This document shows positions 59,024 to 64,000 of a DNA stretch of 64,000 nt, one piece after another. A program made the position numbers and the translations under genes. Origin of the DNA: Trueperaceae bacterium (lineage in GTDB: Bacteria; Deinococcota; Deinococci; Deinococcales; Trueperaceae); contig CBDCDZ010000004.1 of assembly GCA_965215565.1 (NCBI GenBank), positions 320,001 through 384,000 on the forward strand, written 5' to 3'. The notes beneath the pieces were generated by a model. It saw nothing but the letters and a program-made list of their open reading frames with translations, did no database searches and was not told the origin of the DNA. Within the stretch, counting starts at the first letter, position 1. Each line of letters starts with the position of its first letter.

Positions 59024-59795
59024 TGGGCTTGGCTTATTTCCTCGGACAGCCGAAGTATACAGCTAAGCGGCTAAGCTCATCTCCTGATTCTCTATAGGTT
59101 GTTGCGACAACTCGAACGTGTTGGGCGTTTCGTAGTTGAGCGAGCTATGCAGTCGTTCGCGGTTGTAATAGACCTCGTTATACTCGAACACTGCGACGCG
59201 AGCGTCATCACGGGTGGCAAAGCGCCCTACTGGGCAGACAAATTCGCGCTTTAAGGTTGACTAAAAGCTCTCGATCACCGCGTTGTCGAAGCACGCCCCT
59301 TTTCCAGCGAAGCTCGGCGGCATCTCATATGCGCGAAGTTCACGCTGATAGGCGTAAGAAGTGTATAGGCTACCTTTGCCGCCTAGGTGAAGGCATAGGT
59401 CAGAGCGAAGCTCAAAGCACCTTGTGCTTCACCTATAGAGCCTTTGAGCTTTGCTCTAACCTTGTGGGTCAAGCCGGGCGGGGCTTGCGCCGGGTCGCGG
59501 CTGAACGCAAGGCTTGTGACACCAAGTCATACCAGTCTGAAAAAGGGGTGTCGCAACGTGAGGGCGTCCGAAGTCACGCTCATAGAGCGTTTAAGGATGT
59601 CACGTTGCGACACCCTTAAATCACTTTGGTATCAGTTTTCATACTATCGGCTATCGCGTAGCCAACGATACGCTTCGAAAAACCGTCCATGACGCCCACC
59701 AGGTAGAGCTCGAATGATCAAAGCCCGGCCCTTCAGACCTAGTTTCCAGCCCTCGGCGGTCGGCAGATACGCAATATCGACTACCGTGCTATTCG
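59024..59795 (-). mobile_element. IS3-family remnant (OrfB integrase core and right IR) interrupted by three insertions
   Basis: DIAYLPTAEGW/LYLVGVMDGFSKRIVG, GSLYTS, GACFDNAVIESF*STLKRE and YYNRERLHSSL; end TGGGCTTGGC...GGACAG. Confidence 0.88.
59530..59631. mobile_element. 102-bp palindromic MITE with TACCA termini, TCA target duplication
   Basis: TCA-TACCA...TGGTA-TCA; long internal IR GGGTGTCGCAACGTGA/TCACGTTGCGACACCC; excision restores the IS3 frame (K-T-D-L). Confidence 0.88.
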
Positions 59796-59801
59796 GCCTG
59801 G

Positions 59802-60059
59802 GTGAGCGCCGCACCCGGGCTCGTCGAGAGGATACGCACCTCGGGCAGGTACGCGCGGGTGCTGCGCGTAACGTCGTGCGACCCGCCCAACGCGCGGGGC
59901 TGGCTGAACTTAGATATCCTCTTCGAGGTGGTATGGGAGGCGTGCGAGTGCCTATACCTACTCAGCTTCGGTCTGGTTGTCGAGGTGGTGGAACCTTCAG
60001 CCCTGCGCGCGTGGGTTGCAGAGGCGGCTAAGGCGACGGCGGAGCTGTATCGCCGGTGA
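59802..60059 (+). pseudogene. C-terminal fragment of a WYL-domain (YafY/PafC-like) regulator
   Basis: LLSFGLVVEVVEPSALRAWVAEAAKATAELY resembles the WCX C-terminus. Confidence 0.6.
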
Positions 60060-60261
60060 GTTCGTCGCTAGCTCATACTCTATAGAGGGGCGCAGTGTAT
60101 GCGTGACAGTTCGGTAAGCACGTTTCGTTAGCGGGTAAGCTTTCGTACGCTTCTGCGGCAGACGCGCGCGTTAGCTGCAGAATAAACCTCTATGCTCTTA
60201 GCTTGAGGAACAAAAAGTGAACACATATTGACCTATTATAATGCACGTCCTATACTAAGCT

Positions 60262-60633
60262 ATGGCAACAAGCTTGCTCGACCATACGCTTCTCAGCGCA
60301 CACGACCCCGCAACGGGCCGTTATGACGCCAAACTTTTAGCCGACGTTCTCGCTGTCTCTCAGAAAGAGATGGCAAAGGTTGTTAGCTACACACCGCGAG
60401 GACTCGGCAAAAACCCCGCCTCACCCCACCTACAACCGCAACTGGAGCGGCTCGTCAAGCTCGTCACGACGCTACGCGAGCTTCTCGACGGGGATATGAG
60501 TTTAGTGCGCGTCTGGCTCAAAGCGCCTCATCCGGCCCTAGGAAACGCGAAGCCGCTCGATTATCTCATGGAGGGCCACCTCGACCTTGTCGAAGGGCTC
60601 GTCTACGCGATTGAGACCGGGCAACCTGATTAG
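60262..60633 (+). CDS. Xre/MbcA/ParS-type antitoxin
   Basis: WLKAPHPALGNAKPLDYL toxin-binding motif; overlaps the RES gene. Confidence 0.88.
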   Translation: MATSLLDHTLLSAHDPATGRYDAKLLADVLAVSQKEMAKVVSYTPRGLGKNPASPHLQPQLERLVKLVTTLRELLDGDMSLVRVWLKAPHPALGNAKPLDYLMEGHLDLVEGLVYAIETGQPD

Positions 60634-61205
60634 TGCTCGATACTGAGAAGCTCGCGCTTGCCCTCCGTAATCTCCAGCCGACGCCTTTAACGCAAACTTT
60701 CTTCCGCATTATCCACGCGAAGTACGCCTCCACTGCTCTTTCCGCAGTGGGATCGTATCGTTTCGGCGGACGCTACAACCCAGCAGGCACGTTCGAGGTG
60801 CTCTACCTAGCCGACAATCCGGTTACAGCTCTGGAAGAGGTCGAAGCGCTGCTGCGCACCAACGACGACCTCAAAGGTGTTAAGGGACCACCGAGGATCG
60901 TGTTGTCAGTCGAGTGCGCACTTCAGCGTGTCGTTCAGCTTGGTGAAAGCGCACTGCGTAACCTCGAGCTTTCAGTTGAGGACGTCACCGGGCCGTGGCG
61001 CGAGAGCTTGAGGCGCAACCAAACCCCAATGACCCACCAGATAGGGCAAATCAGCTTCGAGCGGGGCGACGTTGAGGCGCTGCTCGCACCTTCTGCAAAG
61101 AACCCGGCAACCTCAAACCTCATAGTGTTTCCGGATAGATTGATGGAAGGTAGTGCTTTACGAGTCTTTGATGACTCCGGCATGATTGACGCGCGTCTAC
61201 CATAA
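60633..61205 (+). CDS. RES-domain toxin
   Basis: FFRI, GGRYNP, LYLA...ALEE, APSA and NLIVF motifs. Confidence 0.9.
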   Translation: MLDTEKLALALRNLQPTPLTQTFFRIIHAKYASTALSAVGSYRFGGRYNPAGTFEVLYLADNPVTALEEVEALLRTNDDLKGVKGPPRIVLSVECALQRVVQLGESALRNLELSVEDVTGPWRESLRRNQTPMTHQIGQISFERGDVEALLAPSAKNPATSNLIVFPDRLMEGSALRVFDDSGMIDARLP

Positions 61206-61234
61206 CCAAACCCATTGATCGAGAACTGACTGCT

Positions 61235-62119
61235 TCACTGCGGAAAATGTCTCCTGTAGAGCATCTGCCTAGATTCCCCGGATAGGTTGACGTAAAGCTG
61301 CGTCGTGGTAGGCGAGGCGTGCCCGAGGATGGACTGCACCGCTGCGATAGGTGCACCTTGATTTAAGAGCAGCGTGGCGAGGGTGTGGCGCAAGACGTGC
61401 GGCGTCACCTTTTCCTCTAAGCCGCACCGCTCGGTGACCTGCTTGAAAATACGCTGCATCTGTGAGGTGCTGAGGCGCTGATGTTGCAGCGTTTCATCCT
61501 CCTGTCGCCTGCGACGTTTTGTCACGAAGAGTGCTAAAGCGCTGTCCGAGCGACTGTCCAGATACCGCCTGAGCCACAGCGCCGCTTTCGCCCCGAAGTA
61601 CACCTCGCGCTCCTTATTCCCTTTGCCAAGAACCACAACACTCCGGCGTGACCAGTCGAGGTCAATGCGGTCAAGTTGATGAATTTTGCTAACCCTGCAG
61701 CCAGTCGCAAAAAAGAACTCAACGAGGGCGTGTTCCAATAAACTCTCGCAGGCGTCACGCAGTAGTTCTACTTCTTCGACAGATAGAGCCTTGGGTATCC
61801 GTGCGGGCAGGCGCGGCTCTCGCAGTTTCAGTGCAGGATTCCGCTCGAGAATCTCCTCCTCATAGAGTCACTTGAAAAACGCTTTGAGCGCTCGTACCTT
61901 GTTTGCCAAACTCGAGGTCTGCAAGTGCGTTAGGCTCGTGAGGTGAGCGCGCAGGTGCTCGAGCTTAATCGTCTGAACGGCAGTATCTACGTCCAAGTCA
62001 AGAACTAAGCCCTGCAAGTGCAACTTATAGGAGTAGAGCGTCTTGTTGCTATAGCCATCTAGCTTCTGGGCTTTCAGGTACGTGCGGATGCAGCTTACTA
62101 GGGTGAAATCCTCTTTCAT
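61235..62119 (-). pseudogene. XerC/D-like tyrosine recombinase with one nonsense codon (TGA at 61868-61870)
   Basis: Continuous frame AFFK*LYEEEILERNPA...TGCRVS, GKGNKER, PHVLRHT and LGHAS..TTQLY; GGAGG RBS. Confidence 0.88.
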
Positions 62120-62314
62120 GAGAAACCTCCAAGCCATAGTCTGTACGGCGATTTACTTTGTATCGTGCTTGAAAGGCAGTAGTTTTCTGCGATGACCACG
62201 CGCTGAAAATTTCGCCAACCTAAATGCGAAATACCTAGCCATCCAACCTCGCGTTCCTCACATGCAAGTAACGCCTCTTGCAAAATCAAGTATACTGAGG
62301 TCAAGGAGGCTGTC

Positions 62315-62809
62315 ATGGCTGCAAGTACCCCTCAAGCAACCTTGATTGATACGGATACGTTCTTTCAGACCCTTTCGGCGGATAAACCTAATGTGGTCAA
62401 GCGCAAAACCTTTGAGGCCGTTACGGGGCTCGACTACTACGCGCTTGACACCATCTGGCTCAGACAGGGTGAGATACCCGTGCGTCTCTCAGCTAGAGCG
62501 ATGATGACTAACCTAGGTACGCTCCTGGACCTTCGTAGCAAAGAGGTCGCGTCACTCCTCGGCGTTAGCGAGTCTCGCGTCAGTCGTAACAACCAGGTGA
62601 CGCTCGCCATGCTCGACCGCGCTGAAGGGGTCAGTGATACCTTCTCTAAGGTCGCCGCCGTGCTCGGCTTCGAGCACGCACGTGACTGGTTCAAATCACC
62701 CAATTCGGCTTTGGAGGGCGCAGCGCCTTACACGTTACTGAGCACCCACTATGGGCAAAAGAAGGTCGATAACCTGATCGCCGCACTCCTCAATGGGGCG
62801 GTTATTTGA
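62315..62809 (+). CDS. Xre/MbcA/ParS-type antitoxin
   Basis: HTH EVASLLGVSESRV and WFKSPNSALEGAAPYTLL motifs. Confidence 0.85.
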   Translation: MAASTPQATLIDTDTFFQTLSADKPNVVKRKTFEAVTGLDYYALDTIWLRQGEIPVRLSARAMMTNLGTLLDLRSKEVASLLGVSESRVSRNNQVTLAMLDRAEGVSDTFSKVAAVLGFEHARDWFKSPNSALEGAAPYTLLSTHYGQKKVDNLIAALLNGAVI

Positions 62810-63447
62810 TACGAATTTACCGGCTCGCCCACGAGCTGGCGCTCGCCAAAAACCCCCAACCTTTTCAGCCTGCTCCTAGTGAGAACCGCTGGAACTCGGT
62901 CGGCACGCAAGTGGCTTATGGCGGAGAACATATTGCGCTTAGCGCGTTGGAACTCCTGACCTGTTGGGGACACTATCCCAACATGCGTGGTTATCAGCTC
63001 TTTACGCTCGACATTCGCTCTGAAGACGTAGAGGATGTGCTTGATCAGCGTCCTAATATCGACCCAAACGACTACAGTCAAACGCGCCGCTACGGAGATA
63101 GTTGGGTCGAGGAAGGGCGTTCGCTGGCGCTTAAAGTGCCGAGCGTGGTCGTCCCGATGAGCTACAACTACCTCGTCAATCCTGATCACCCTGCTTTCGA
63201 TCCGGAGGCAGTTGCCTTCCGCGGTGCGTTCGAATACGAGGCGAGGATCGCAAAGCTTATCGAGGAAGCGAAAGCAGACCGCCCTTCGAGTCGAAGCTAC
63301 CCTACCTACAGAATCCGTTGTGCGAGAGATGCGCGCGTATGCCGCACAACCTTTGAGGCAGGCAGGGCAAGCTGTGAGCACGTTCTCCTCGGCGCGCCGT
63401 GCAGCTTCGCCGCTTCATACTCTTTTGCGCCTATACTGTCTTCGTGA
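62806..63447 (+). CDS. RES-domain toxin
   Basis: IYRL, NRWNS, LSALE and LKVPSVVVP..YNYLVNPDHP motifs; the C-terminal tail may be run-on. Confidence 0.88.
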   Translation: MIRIYRLAHELALAKNPQPFQPAPSENRWNSVGTQVAYGGEHIALSALELLTCWGHYPNMRGYQLFTLDIRSEDVEDVLDQRPNIDPNDYSQTRRYGDSWVEEGRSLALKVPSVVVPMSYNYLVNPDHPAFDPEAVAFRGAFEYEARIAKLIEEAKADRPSSRSYPTYRIRCARDARVCRTTFEAGRASCEHVLLGAPCSFAASYSFAPILSS

Positions 63448-63560
63448 AGCGCTACACCCTCAGATACGCCGCCCTACGTCTCGCCCCCAAGTTGCTGCAC
63501 CCCCACGCTCTGCGTGAACGACATAGTTGTTCAGATCATGGCGCAGGCGAGACATAAAGA

Positions 63561-64000
63561 ATGACGCCCTGGTTTTTGGTAGGGTTTCTCCTCACTGGGC
63601 TCTCCTTCGCACAAACGAGCTGCTTGCCCTCCTGGCAACCGTCCACAGAGACCCAGAGACTCGAGTGGCAGCGCGAGGTAGACGAGTGGGAGAGATACCT
63701 AGCGCTCCTACCTGGCTACCTGAGCCAGCTTCCCGAGGAGCCCGACATGCAGCTCGTCATGCCCGTAGAAGGTATGGGCGTCGCCGAAGTTACCGACACT
63801 TGGGGTGCGCCGCGTGGGGGCGGGCGCGTGCACGCCGGGCAGGACCTCTTCGCGCCGCGCGGCACGCCCGTGTACTCAGCCACCCCTGGCTTTGTCTGGC
63901 GCATCTCGGAGCGCAAACTCGGGGGCAAAACCGTCACCGTAATAGGCGGAGGCGGTCTACGCTACTACTATGCCCACCTAGAGCGCTACGCCGATGGGCT
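63561..64000 (+). CDS. M23-family metallopeptidase (runs off the window)
   Basis: Manual translation: signal-like N-terminus, DTWGAPRGGGRVHAGQDLFAPRGTPV (HxxxD) and YYYAHL. Confidence 0.88.
   Translation, partial: MTPWFLVGFLLTGLSFAQTSCLPSWQPSTETQRLEWQREVDEWERYLALLPGYLSQLPEEPDMQLVMPVEGMGVAEVTDTWGAPRGGGRVHAGQDLFAPRGTPVYSATPGFVWRISERKLGGKTVTVIGGGGLRYYYAHLERYADG

Noticed and set aside
50902..61870. Stop-codon reassignment or readthrough suggested by Trp-position stops in both integrases and IS3
   Set aside because: Both TAG and TGA are involved, both end normal genes here, and all are single G-to-A transitions in decaying mobile genes
50313..64000. attR duplicate of the tRNA-Ala 3-prime end
   Set aside because: No second copy of the GATAGGCTCCACCA end was found by eye in the window, so the island boundary is not defined

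Overview
GC-rich bacterial chromosome segment, probably Deinococcota (Truepera-like). That assignment is an inference from gene content and a Deinococcus-type dispersed repeat. Left part: an amino-sugar catabolic operon (nagA-nanE-kinase-GntR-murQ-nagB) divergent from a sugar ABC transporter, DUF4127 protein, GH38 mannosidase and FAD oxidoreductase; then GNAT, FGE, cupin, a 1096-aa triple-CBM4 exported protein and a creatininase-family gene. Middle: argF-argC-argJ, pilD, skp, ffh-rpsP-khpA-rimM-trmD, a LacI-controlled beta-glucan locus (ABC, frameshifted GH1, GH55-like), SRP RNA, LMW-PTP/fructosamine kinase, ddl, rsmD and GntR-citrate synthase. Right part: tRNA-Ala followed by a decayed island-like region with two dead tyrosine integrases, IS5 and IS3 relics, a GH63/ABC operon, a WYL fragment, two Xre/MbcA-RES toxin-antitoxin pairs and an M23 peptidase. 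The most unusual signal is non-coding. There is a layered set of tiny mobile repeats: MITEs with 3-bp target duplications, inverted heptamer arrays, and several distinct 21-bp and 37-40-bp modules that insert into these, into each other and into dead IS genes. The palindrome GCTCGAGC is also strongly over-used. Together this resembles the cyanobacterial HIP1/STRR/SDR repertoire. All calls come from reading the sequence; no searches were run.
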